Assembly (NCBI GenBank): GCA_043808095.1
Contig: JAZDFF010000001.1
Coordinates: 94,230 to 158,229 of the forward strand
DNA from: Candidatus Omnitrophota bacterium
GTDB lineage: Bacteria > Omnitrophota > Gorgyraeia > JAZDFF01
DNA: 64,000 bases
Direction: 5' to 3'
The notes beneath the pieces are model-generated. The model searched no databases. It saw nothing but the letters and a program-made list of their open reading frames with translations, and was not told the DNA's origin. The position numbers and the translations under genes are program-made. The stretch's first letter is position 1. Each line of letters starts with the position of its first letter. Positions 49,521 to 58,100 of this stretch are shown in pieces.

Positions 49521-50373
49521 TTCCCATAAAGGCGATTATGGACATATCCTGGTTTTAGCCGGTTCATCAGGATATACGGGTTCAGCGATTCTATGCGCCC
49601 GTACAGTTTTACGCGCAGGCGCAGGCCTAGTTACCTTAGGCGTACCAGAAAGTTTATTAAATATATACCAAAGGCGCGTAGTTGAGGTAATGACATTGGG
49701 GTTGGCTGAAACTCCCAAAAAGACGCTGAGTTTTAAAGCCTATGCGCAAATAAAAAAGATACTTACCAGGATTGAGGTTTTAATAGTCGGGCCGGGGCTA
49801 TCTCAAAATCCATCTACCCAAAAGCTGGTCCGCAAGATTATTAAGACTGTAAATAAACCCATGGTTATTGATGCCGACGGTCTCAATGCCCTGGTCGGAC
49901 ATCTTGATATTTTACGAAAGACGAAGGGCGAGAGACGAGGGACCCTTCGACTACGCTCAGGGCAGGCGAAGATACTTACTCCGCATCCGGGGGAGATGGC
50001 CCGGTTATTAGGGGTTTCTGTAAAGAAGATTCAAGAAAACAGAAAAAACATTGCCAAAAAATTTGCCAGAGATTATAATACTGTGTTAGTTTTAAAAGGC
50101 CATAACACAATAGTGGCCCAGCCTAAGGCAGAGACCTACATAAATAAGACGGGAAATCCCGGTATGGCAACCGCAGGTAGCGGTGATGTCTTGACCGGAA
50201 TGATCGGCGCTTTTTTGGCTCAAGGTTTAGATGGGTTTAGCGCAGCCAAGTACGGGGTTTATTTACACGGTTTAGCCGGTGATTTAGCGGCAAAAGATAA
50301 AACACAGATAGGCTTGATTGCCTCAGATATCATCGAGAGGATTCCCGGGGCAATAAAATTAGCAAGTCGCTAA
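49483..50373 (+). CDS. nnrD: ADP-dependent NAD(P)H-hydrate dehydratase (YjeF C-terminal domain)
   Basis: HKGDYGHILVLAGSSGYTGSA, GSGDVLTG motifs. Confidence 0.85.
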   Translation: MRLPARLLKRRLNSHKGDYGHILVLAGSSGYTGSAILCARTVLRAGAGLVTLGVPESLLNIYQRRVVEVMTLGLAETPKKTLSFKAYAQIKKILTRIEVLIVGPGLSQNPSTQKLVRKIIKTVNKPMVIDADGLNALVGHLDILRKTKGERRGTLRLRSGQAKILTPHPGEMARLLGVSVKKIQENRKNIAKKFARDYNTVLVLKGHNTIVAQPKAETYINKTGNPGMATAGSGDVLTGMIGAFLAQGLDGFSAAKYGVYLHGLAGDLAAKDKTQIGLIASDIIERIPGAIKLASR

Positions 50374-50434
50374 TCGCATATTGCATATCGTAAAATAACG
50401 ATAAGCGATATTGCCATATGCGCTAAGCAAAAAC

Positions 50435-50507
50435 GCCGACGTAGCTCAGTTGGCAGAGCAGCGGTTTTGTAAACCGCGGGTCGGAGGTTCGATTCCTCTC
50501 GTCGGCT
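50435..50507 (+). tRNA. tRNA-Thr(TGT)
   Basis: GCCGACG/CGTCGGC acceptor, anticodon stem GCGGT/ACCGC with loop TTTGTAA, T-loop TTCGATT. Confidence 0.85.
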
Positions 50508-50622
50508 CTTTTCCAAAATTGACTACGTCAATTTTGGAGTAGCGAGTAGAGAATATTTTATTCACTGACTACTATGTACTATTTACTGATTACTAAAGGG
50601 ATGATTTCTTATAGTTTAAAAC

Positions 50623-50982
50623 GGGCAGGTACCCAAGCGGTCAAAGGGGACAGACTGTTTAAAAGCAGCGCCCCGACGAAAGTCGTGGTGGAAAAGTAGG
50701 TGAATTCAGGGAAACCCTCTCGTAACTACGAAAGGTAATCCTGAGCCAATCCTCGCACAAAGCTGGCAGGCAGAAGGCCTGCTTGCTGAAGCTTTAGCGA
50801 AGGCAGGTGCAGAGACTAAGCGCCTACCACCTAAAACTGGATGAAGCCCAGTTTTATCCCAAGCGAAGTTAAGGGATAACTTCTCTGGTTAAGGTGATGA
50901 GATAGTCCAAGCCTTGAGGAAACTCAAGGGATACTTGAAATCTGTTGCACACGCTTCAGAGGTTCGAATCCTCTCCTGCCCA
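50623..50982 (+). tRNA. tRNA-Tyr(GTA) interrupted by a group I intron in the anticodon loop
   Basis: Exons GGGCAGGTACCCAAGCGGTCAAAGGGGACAGACTGT + AAATCTGTTGCACACGCTTCAGAGGTTCGAATCCTCTCCTGCCCA form a class-II Tyr cloverleaf (acceptor GGGCAGG/CCTGCCC, anticodon stem ACAGA/TCTGT, loop CTGT|AAA). Confidence 0.75.
50659..50937 (+). ncRNA. Group I intron (IC3-like, no ORF) within tRNA-Tyr
   Basis: 5' splice site after U with GCAG guide-sequence partner; terminal G; core elements AATCCTGAGCCAA, GGTGCAGAGACTAAGCG and GAGATAGTCC resemble cyanobacterial tRNA-Leu intron P3/P7 elements as recalled from memory. Confidence 0.7.
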
Positions 50983-51084
50983 TTCTACTTCGCTCAAGTG
51001 CTTTCGCCTTGGGCTTCGTAGAAATTATTGGGAAAGGAAGGTTCTGAGTAGCTGAAAGTGAAAACAATTTAGCGAAGGAGAATC

Positions 51085-51357
51085 GTGCTCAGCTTCGAAG
51101 AAATAGGGCTTAACTTAAAAATGGATAAATCAGAATCAGAATTTATTACGGTTTGTTCCACAAATAGCCTGGCAGATTTAGCCTTTATCAAATCATTGTT
51201 AGATAGTGAAGGTATTAAGTATTTTATAAAAAACGAAAACCTGAGGATTCTTTACGGCGCTGCCGATGGTTTTACGCTGATGGATATTCAGGTACTCGCG
51301 GATAAAATAGAAGACGCTAGAGAACTGCTGAAAGATTTTATCGGGCCTAAGAAGTAA
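51085..51357 (+). CDS. Small DUF2007-like protein (GTG start)
   Basis: 90 aa; RBS GAAGGAG upstream. Confidence 0.45.
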   Translation: MLSFEEIGLNLKMDKSESEFITVCSTNSLADLAFIKSLLDSEGIKYFIKNENLRILYGAADGFTLMDIQVLADKIEDARELLKDFIGPKK

Positions 51358-51358
51358 C

Positions 51359-51397
51359 GCGGGCATAGCACAGTGGTAGTGCAGTGGCCTTCTCCCG
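51359..51397 (+). other. tRNA-like 5' half (acceptor and D-arm only)
   Basis: GCGGGCATAGCACAGTGGTAGTGCAGTGGCCTTCTCC resembles the 5' half of a Gly-type tRNA but no T-arm or 3' acceptor follows; a family C palindrome follows. Confidence 0.35.
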
Positions 51398-51475
51398 AAT
51401 GAAGAAACTTCTTTAGAATAGCATCGGGATCCCGAAGTATAACTTCTTGGGTTACTACATTCGGGGCAAGCTATA
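51398..51475. repeat. Palindromic repeat, family C (CGGGATCCCGAAG / CATTCGGG)
   Basis: Reverse-complement match to 11895-11940. Confidence 0.7.
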
Positions 51476-51486
51476 ATAATAATTTT

Positions 51487-51557
51487 GCGGGAGTAGTTCA
51501 GTGGTAGAACAATAGCCTTCCAAGCTATATACGCGGGTTCAATTCCCGTCTCCCGCT
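51487..51557 (+). tRNA. tRNA-Gly(TCC)
   Basis: GCGGGAG/CTCCCGC acceptor, anticodon loop CTTCCAA, T-loop TTCAATT; CCA follows. Confidence 0.85.
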
Positions 51558-51559
51558 CC

Positions 51560-51890
51560 AATAGTTTACACGGGTTTCCGCCACCCGTCATCTTTGATGG
51601 CGAGTGGCGAGATCTCGCCGAAGCTAAAAAAATGGAGTCCACGGCTTTACCCTCTTCGACTCGCGTCGAGCGAGGCGAGCAGCCGTGGTACCTGAAAAAC
51701 CCGCCTACGCTTCGCTTCGGCGAGGTCCGCTCGCCTCGCGGCGAAGCCGCGGGCCTTCAATACGTAATGGCGACATCTCGCCGTAGCGCTAATTGCACGC
51801 ATTCATCCCCAGGTTCACACCTGGGGTTTTCCCGCCAAAGGCGAGGCTCGCCAAAGGCGGCTGCGCGAAGGCGGATAAATATCTAGCTTC
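51560..51890 (+). repeat. GC-rich island with four GGCGAG-N(2-5)-CTCGCC hairpin palindromes
   Basis: Palindromes at 51607-51620 (GGCGAGATCTCGCC), 51719-51735, 51779-51792, 51840-51852; composition clearly more GC-rich than the surroundings; ORFs here are Arg-rich low-complexity and judged spurious. Confidence 0.55.
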
Positions 51891-51891
51891 G

Positions 51892-51920
51892 GCGGGCAAT
51901 TCCCGTTGCCCGCTTTTTTT
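51892..51920 (+). terminator. Intrinsic terminator candidate
   Basis: GCGGGCAA / TTGCCCGC 8-bp stem followed by a run of 7 T. Confidence 0.6.
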
Positions 51921-51927
51921 GTTTAAT

Positions 51928-52911
51928 ATGAATAAGATGTTACGACTTATCATTATTGCCGTTTTTGCTTTTTTAATCTTTAAGAGTTCAACCTTTGGTT
52001 GGAGGCTTTTTGTCAAAGCCAAACCAAAAACAAATGATGCAGATATTTTTTTAAGCCAGAGGTTAAAGCATCATGTCTTATCGCTTTCCGACTACATAGG
52101 AGAGCGCCACGTATTCACAAAATACGAGAATTTAGATAAAGCAGCTAACTACATTACTAGGACTTTCCAGGATCATGGTTATTCGGTCTCGGCTCACACC
52201 TATAAAGCCTATAGTAAAATCTCCCAAAATATAATTGCTACAAAGCTCACCGAAGACAATCCAAAGGAAATTATAGTTATCGGCGCGCATTATGATTCAG
52301 TGCTGGGTTCACCGGGTGCTGATGATAATGCCAGCGGTGTCGCCGTACTATTAGAGACGGCTAAATTCCTAAAAGATAGCGAGACTAAACAAACAATCAA
52401 ATTTATTGCTTTTGTTAATGAGGAACCGCCATTTTTCAAGAGTAAAGATATGGGAAGCTTTGCCTATTTGGAAGAATGTTTAAAAAATAAAGAAAGAATT
52501 AGTAGCGCCATTATCTTGGAGTCGGTTGGTTTTTATTCCCAAAGGCGTTATTCCCAGAGATACCCTCCTTTATTTGGAATATTCTATCCGGATCGGGCAA
52601 ACTTTATTGCCTTGGTGAGTAATTTTAAATCCCGGCATCTTTTAAAAGCCCTAAAGCAATCATTTTCCAAAAATTCAACTCTGAATTTAGAGACCATCTC
52701 AACTTTTGATTTTGTCCCGGGAGTAGATTTCTCTGATAATTGGAGTTTTTGGCAAAAGGGCATTCCGGCAATTATGATTACTGACACTGCCTTTTACCGT
52801 AACCCTTATTATCATACTGCCCAAGATACTGCCGAGAAATTAGATTATGATTTTATGACTCTACTCGCCAAAGATTTAAGTATTTCTATTTTGGAGTTAG
52901 CCAATAAGTGA
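51928..52911 (+). CDS. M28 family zinc aminopeptidase
   Basis: Signal anchor; VIGAHYDSV...ADDNASG...VNEEP metal-ligand pattern; start moved to ATG 51928 (ORF-track start lies inside the GC-rich island). Confidence 0.75.
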   Translation: MNKMLRLIIIAVFAFLIFKSSTFGWRLFVKAKPKTNDADIFLSQRLKHHVLSLSDYIGERHVFTKYENLDKAANYITRTFQDHGYSVSAHTYKAYSKISQNIIATKLTEDNPKEIIVIGAHYDSVLGSPGADDNASGVAVLLETAKFLKDSETKQTIKFIAFVNEEPPFFKSKDMGSFAYLEECLKNKERISSAIILESVGFYSQRRYSQRYPPLFGIFYPDRANFIALVSNFKSRHLLKALKQSFSKNSTLNLETISTFDFVPGVDFSDNWSFWQKGIPAIMITDTAFYRNPYYHTAQDTAEKLDYDFMTLLAKDLSISILELANK

Positions 52912-54188
52912 AAAATTTCCCAAAAAATTTCCTCTGGGGCGCAGCGACCTCAAGCCATCAGGTTGAAGGAGATAATTTTTATAATAACTGGTGGCGCTGG
53001 GAGAATTTTGAAAAGACCGTTGAGCGTTCCGGAAAGGCCTGCGACCATTATCGGCTTTTTGAACAAGACTTCGACCTTGCCCGAGAGCTCAACCACAATG
53101 CCCACCGGTTTTCCGTAGAATGGAGCAGGATTTATCCTAAGGCCGATGAGTTTAAAAGTGATGAAGTCGAGCACTATCTTAAGGTCGTCGCTGCTTTAAG
53201 AAAGAGAAACATTGAGCCCGTCGTAACCTTGCATCATTTCACCAATCCTCATTGGCTACTTGATTTCGGCGGCTGGGCTAATCCTAAGGCTGTGCGTTAT
53301 TTTGTTGAATATGTCGAGCATATTGTAAAGGCGCTTGGTGCGGATGTTAAGTATTGGGTTACTATTAACGAGCCGATGATTTATGTTTATTACTCTTTTA
53401 TCATTGGGATCTGGCCGCCGGGCGTAAAGTCGACAAGAGAAGCATTCAAGGTATTAAATAATCTTATTCTCGCCCATTCAAATGCATATAAAGTTATCCA
53501 CAGGATTTACGAAGAAAATAAATGGCCGCGTCCTTACGTAAGTATCGCCCAGAATATCCTGGCATTTACTCCCTGCAGAAACTTTTTTTTGGACAAAGAG
53601 GCAGCCTATCTGAGGGATCAGGTTTATAATCAGCTTCTGTTAAAAGTATTTACCACAGGACAAATGAAAATCCCGGGATTAATTTACGACCGGCTGTCTT
53701 TTGCCAAAGAGACACTTGATTTTATCGGACTAAATTACTATAGCCGCCATTTCGTCAGATTTGACCTTTTTAAACCTGGTGAATTATTCGGCAGGCAATG
53801 CTCACTGGATCATCACAAGGCAGGTCGTCTGAACGAGATGAATTCTGAGGTCTATCCCGAAGGCCTGTTGAAAGTTCTTCTAAGTTTAAAAAAATACAAC
53901 CTGCCTATAATTATTACGGAAAACGGCACTGCCGAGACTGATGATAATTTCCGCTGGCAGTTTATCAAAGGCCATCTAAAATATTTATCCCGGGCTATAA
54001 ACGCAGGCGTTGATGTAAGAGGTTATTTATATTGGTCATTATTGGATAATTTCGAATGGCACCATGGATTCAAGCCGCGTTTTGGTCTGACTGAGGTAGA
54101 TTATGCCACTCAAGAGAGAAAAATCAGGGAGAGCGCCAGAAAATTTGCCCAGGTATGTAAGAGTAATTCTATTGAAGAATTAACCTAA
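52908..54188 (+). CDS. Glycoside hydrolase family 1 beta-glucosidase
   Basis: FLWGAATSSHQVEG N-terminal signature, TINEP acid/base, IITENG nucleophile. Confidence 0.85.
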   Translation: MKNFPKNFLWGAATSSHQVEGDNFYNNWWRWENFEKTVERSGKACDHYRLFEQDFDLARELNHNAHRFSVEWSRIYPKADEFKSDEVEHYLKVVAALRKRNIEPVVTLHHFTNPHWLLDFGGWANPKAVRYFVEYVEHIVKALGADVKYWVTINEPMIYVYYSFIIGIWPPGVKSTREAFKVLNNLILAHSNAYKVIHRIYEENKWPRPYVSIAQNILAFTPCRNFFLDKEAAYLRDQVYNQLLLKVFTTGQMKIPGLIYDRLSFAKETLDFIGLNYYSRHFVRFDLFKPGELFGRQCSLDHHKAGRLNEMNSEVYPEGLLKVLLSLKKYNLPIIITENGTAETDDNFRWQFIKGHLKYLSRAINAGVDVRGYLYWSLLDNFEWHHGFKPRFGLTEVDYATQERKIRESARKFAQVCKSNSIEELT

Positions 54189-54209
54189 ATTATATACAAT
54201 ATAGAAAGG

Positions 54210-54983
54210 TTGAATAAAATGAGGACAAAAGAAACTTTTGAGAACGAATTAAAGCCGGTGCATATTGAGGCCTTTGACCTTGATGATGCCTGGTTTCAAT
54301 GCTTGAGCCAAATTCTTGAGAAGGGCCATGTCTATATAATCACTAAAGGCAGCTACGAGGGCCAAAGGCGTCTGGAATTCGATTTTGTGACTGTAAGGGT
54401 AAAAAACCCGGCGCATCAGATTATCCCTATAATCCCTGAGGGGATGAGTATCCCGGCCCCTACCGACATGGAATATATCCAGGGTTATCTTTCCTATCTT
54501 TTGACCGGCCAGAAAACCGACACTGAAGATTATACCTATGGCGAGAGGCTTGTCGAGCCGAAGGTAAGGATTTCCAGTGCGGATTCCGCAGATAAACTAT
54601 ATCATGAGATGCCTCTTGGCGTAAATCAGATTCAGGAGGTCATTAATATGTATAAGACTAAAGGCCATGGCACTAACCAGGCAACCATGGAGATAGGCAT
54701 GCCCTCAGATATAAAATTAGTTGATCCTCCGTGCCTGCGCATCATTGATACGCGTATCCGCTATGGAAAACTGCATTTCATTTTGTATTTTCGCTCCTGG
54801 GATCTTTGGGGCGGTTTTCCTTCCAATCTTGGTGGCTTAGAGCTTGTTAAACAATTCATGGCCGAGGAAATCGGTGTAGGGGATGGCGAGATCATTGCCG
54901 TGAGTAAAGGCCTGCATCTCTATGAATATGCCTGGGAGCTGGCCAAGATGCGCACTATGAGGGCCGATAAGGTTATAAAATAA
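54210..54983 (+). CDS. Thymidylate synthase-like protein (ThyA fold, divergent/methanogen-type)
   Basis: DPPCLRIID (candidate catalytic Cys), FRSWDLWGGFPSNLGGL, SKGLHLYEY resemble ThyA core motifs. Confidence 0.55.
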   Translation: MNKMRTKETFENELKPVHIEAFDLDDAWFQCLSQILEKGHVYIITKGSYEGQRRLEFDFVTVRVKNPAHQIIPIIPEGMSIPAPTDMEYIQGYLSYLLTGQKTDTEDYTYGERLVEPKVRISSADSADKLYHEMPLGVNQIQEVINMYKTKGHGTNQATMEIGMPSDIKLVDPPCLRIIDTRIRYGKLHFILYFRSWDLWGGFPSNLGGLELVKQFMAEEIGVGDGEIIAVSKGLHLYEYAWELAKMRTMRADKVIK

Positions 54984-55029
54984 ATCTTTTTATGGCGTAT
55001 GCAGACAGATGAGAAGCGCGGATGTTACA

Positions 55030-55160
55030 GATTAAATGCCTAATGACTAATGAATTCTTAAATGACTTAATGTCCAATGTCAAATTAAACCATTTCATTA
55101 GAAATTTAAAAATTAGGAATTTATTCGTCATTAGTCATTAAAAATTTGACATTAAATCAA
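55030..55160. repeat. Palindromic repeat, family F
   Basis: GAATTTATTCGTCATTAGTCATTAAAAATT matches 24963-24992. Confidence 0.75.
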
Positions 55161-55171
55161 TAAAATAATCT

Positions 55172-57187
55172 ATGAACTTCATGGATCTTTTTGACAAGAG
55201 GCTAATTATAAAACAAATCCCCCTGTTTTCTGCTTTAAAGCCCCGCGAGATAAACTTTATCCTGGATAGATCAGAATTTGTCGAATACAAAAAGTCCGAG
55301 ATTATTTATAAAGAAGGCGACCCCCCGGATGCATTTTACTGCGTAGTAATCGGCAGGGTCCAGCTTTTTACCAGGGACTCTTTGCAAGGAGAGACAATCT
55401 TAGAATATCTGCATCGCGGAAAATATTTCGGCATAATTTCTCTTTTGACCGATGAACCTCATTCCGTAACCGTACGTGCGCTTAATGATACGATATTGCT
55501 TCGTATAAAAAAAGATGATTTTGATTTTATCTTACATAATATTCCCCAGCTTGCCATTGATTTAAGCAGGATGCTTTCACGCCGGCTCAAGCGTAAAGAC
55601 ATCCACCAGAAGACCATCTTTGAGAGTACGATTGTTTCTATATTCAGTTCCCATGGCCAGGCCGAAAAAAACGCCTACAGCATAAACCTGGCCTTAAGCC
55701 TCAAAGAACAGACGCATAAATCCGTAATTTTCCTGGAGTTGTGTCCTCAGGACAAAACCCATAGCTGTCCGGCTAAGTTTGGGGCTTGTTCGGGGCATAA
55801 GACCTTAGACATATCCAAATTGTTTACAGACCTGGAGAAATTGAAAGAACTGATATTGAAAAATACCCTTGACGTGGATTTAATCTGCCTGCATTATCGG
55901 GAAGATCAGCCCGATAATTTAAAAAGGCTTCTGGATTTATTGAGCCTCTTGGTCAATGATTACCACTACATATTTTTAGACCTGCCGACAGCGATGGATG
56001 AATTTATTTTGAATATCCTAAGGCAGTCAGATTCGGTGCATATCTTGAGCGGGTCCGATGAAATAGAGTTAAAAAAGACACGCAGTCTTGTGGAAAGGCT
56101 GAAAACCGACTTTGGTATGCATATGAATAATATAAAAGTGATTATTAATGAATATAAACACTCCAAATTAACGCATGAGGAACAGTTAGAAATCCTGGAA
56201 AATAATATCTTTGCTACTTTGCCCAAGATAGAATTTGAAAGCGCCGACGATAAATTGGTTTTGACTAACAAGGAAAGCGAATACGCCAAGGCCGTAAGAA
56301 GGATTAGCCGCCACGAAGGGGATTGTTTAGTCGGCCTTGCTTTGGGCGTGGGCGTTGCTTATGGCTTTTGCCACATTGGGGTATTAAAGGTAATCGAAGA
56401 GGAAAACATCCCTGTTGATATTATCTCAGGCTCAAGCGTCGGGGCCCTTATTGCTGCCTTATGGGCAGTAGGTAAAAGTTCCTCCGAGATACTAAAGATT
56501 ACCGAAGATTTTAAAGAGCCGAAATTTTTCTGGAGACTGCTGGATTGGACTGTGCCTTTACAGGGTTTTATCAAAGGCAATAAACTTTACGCCTTGTTAA
56601 AAAAATATTTAGGCAATAAAACCTTTCAGGATGTGCGTATTCCCTTAAAGATTGTGGCTTCTGACGTAAAGATGAAAGAGCCGATTGTTTTTGAAAAGGG
56701 CAGCCTCATTGATGCGGTGATGGCCTCTTGTACCATGCCCGGGGTATTTAATCCTTTTAAATTAAGAGAAGGCATACTCTTTGACGGCGGGGTAATCAAT
56801 CCTTTGCCTACCGAGCCGCTTATTAATATGGGCGCAAAAAAGATTATTGCTATTAATGTTACCCCTTCCCGGGAAGATATCGTAAGGCAATACGCCAAGA
56901 TTAAGGAAGGCCAGAAAAAGGTAATAGCTAAACACTCCATTTTTAATATAAAGGCATTTTTCAAGGATTTGTTTAGGACCAATATCCTGGATTATATATT
57001 TAGCAGTATTGAGATACTTCAATCTGAATTGGCGCAGAAAGAGGCACAGTTTGCGGATATTGTTTTACATCCTGATACCTCAGGGATGTACTGGCTGGAA
57101 TTAGGCAGGGCCGAGGAATTTGCGCAAAGAGGGGAAGAAGAGGCGCGGCGCAACTTAGAACGGATAAAACAACTCCTGTATGAGTAG
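55172..57187 (+). CDS. Three-domain protein: cNMP-binding domain, degenerate ParA/receiver-like middle domain, patatin-like phospholipase
   Basis: N-terminal CAP-family cNMP-binding fold (FGIISLLTDEPHSVTVRAL); C-terminal patatin motifs GLALGVGVAYG, GSSVG, DGG. Confidence 0.8.
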   Translation: MNFMDLFDKRLIIKQIPLFSALKPREINFILDRSEFVEYKKSEIIYKEGDPPDAFYCVVIGRVQLFTRDSLQGETILEYLHRGKYFGIISLLTDEPHSVTVRALNDTILLRIKKDDFDFILHNIPQLAIDLSRMLSRRLKRKDIHQKTIFESTIVSIFSSHGQAEKNAYSINLALSLKEQTHKSVIFLELCPQDKTHSCPAKFGACSGHKTLDISKLFTDLEKLKELILKNTLDVDLICLHYREDQPDNLKRLLDLLSLLVNDYHYIFLDLPTAMDEFILNILRQSDSVHILSGSDEIELKKTRSLVERLKTDFGMHMNNIKVIINEYKHSKLTHEEQLEILENNIFATLPKIEFESADDKLVLTNKESEYAKAVRRISRHEGDCLVGLALGVGVAYGFCHIGVLKVIEEENIPVDIISGSSVGALIAALWAVGKSSSEILKITEDFKEPKFFWRLLDWTVPLQGFIKGNKLYALLKKYLGNKTFQDVRIPLKIVASDVKMKEPIVFEKGSLIDAVMASCTMPGVFNPFKLREGILFDGGVINPLPTEPLINMGAKKIIAINVTPSREDIVRQYAKIKEGQKKVIAKHSIFNIKAFFKDLFRTNILDYIFSSIEILQSELAQKEAQFADIVLHPDTSGMYWLELGRAEEFAQRGEEEARRNLERIKQLLYE

Positions 57188-57383
57188 TGCTAAGTAGAGA
57201 GCAGAAAGTAGTCCTTCGATAATTTCTCAGGACAAACAATGCCAAAATCCCTGCACTGCTTCCCGTTAAACAATTGATGCGTTTTAGGAGAAAATCTCCT
57301 TAATTAGGTAGTTCGGACATAAATTTTATACCATTTCTATTGCATTTATTTAACAAATATGTTAACTAAAACGCATTCTGGCC

Positions 57384-57413
57384 TTGACAAAGCAGGCTGA
57401 AGTATGTTATAGT
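57384..57413 (+). promoter_or_regulatory. Sigma-70-like promoter candidate upstream of abiEi
   Basis: TTGACA, 18-bp spacer, TATAGT. Confidence 0.4.
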
Positions 57414-57455
57414 TGTTTCTGTAAATAATCATTTTTGATTATATGAGGAAACATA

Positions 57456-58100
57456 ATGAACTATAACGATTTTCGTAAAAAATTCCAATCTCTGCCTATC
57501 TTTACCAGCAAAGACGTAGTTAGGCTGCAGCCGGACAAACAAGCTGTGCGCAATCAGATTAATCGCTGGCAGGCAAAGGGGCTGCTTATTCAATTAAAGC
57601 GGGGGTTATATGCGTTTGATGAAATCGACCGCAAGGTCGACTTAAACCTTCATTTTATTGCTAATAATCTTTATGCGCCTTCATATATCAGCTTAGAGTC
57701 GGCATTAAATTTTTATGGTTTAATCCCGGAGAAGGCAGTTGATTTAACCTCTGTAACTACTAAAAAAACCGCCATTTTTAAGAATAAATTAGGAGTTTTT
57801 ATCTATCAGCACATTAAGCCAAATGCCCTTAGAGGATTTAGGCAGGTTAAAGATAATTCTGGTTATACCTTTTTTATTGCTGAGCCTGAAAAAGCGATTG
57901 TGGATTTTTTTTATTTGAACTTAAGCAGATTTAAGCCCAAAGACAGGGACATTTTTGAAGTCTCATACCGTTTTCAGAACATTGAAGGACTGAAAGTTTT
58001 AAAGATCTTAGAGTATGCCAATTTGTTTAACAACCTTAAACTTTTGAAGGTCTGCCAGAATTTCTGCAGATTCATCAAGAAAGAGGCAAAAAATGATTGA
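57456..58100 (+). CDS. abiEi: AbiEi-like antitoxin/transcriptional regulator
   Basis: N-terminal wHTH with QINRWQAKGLLIQLKRGLYAF; overlaps the following nucleotidyltransferase gene by 8 nt. Confidence 0.7.
   Translation: MNYNDFRKKFQSLPIFTSKDVVRLQPDKQAVRNQINRWQAKGLLIQLKRGLYAFDEIDRKVDLNLHFIANNLYAPSYISLESALNFYGLIPEKAVDLTSVTTKKTAIFKNKLGVFIYQHIKPNALRGFRQVKDNSGYTFFIAEPEKAIVDFFYLNLSRFKPKDRDIFEVSYRFQNIEGLKVLKILEYANLFNNLKLLKVCQNFCRFIKKEAKND

Noticed and set aside
50580-50990. tmRNA (ssrA) candidate: about 360 nt with tRNA-like ends and a T-arm
   Set aside because: The ends fold into a full tRNA-Tyr including D-arm and anticodon stem, no plausible tag-peptide ORF ending in ALAA/LAA was found, and the insert has group I intron hallmarks. 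Interpreted as an intron-containing tRNA.
51199-51642. 147-aa minus-strand ORF
   Set aside because: It runs antisense through tRNA-Gly, the repeat cluster and the DUF2007-like gene, and part of its translation is the reverse complement of a tRNA; judged spurious.
51600-51860. CRISPR-like array of GGCGAG...CTCGCC hairpins
   Set aside because: The repeats are short (13-17 bp), not identical, and irregularly spaced (about 60 and 112 bp); no cas genes are present. Treated as a palindromic repeat cluster or possible ncRNA.
51632-51886. 84-aa plus-strand ORF in the GC-rich island
   Set aside because: Arg/Ala/Gly-rich low-complexity translation, driven by the GC-rich palindromes; no RBS or motif support.
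55172-57187. CBASS or Pycsar effector
   Set aside because: No CD-NTase or nucleotide cyclase gene is adjacent, and the cNMP-binding/patatin pairing also occurs in housekeeping lipases; kept as an open finding rather than a call.
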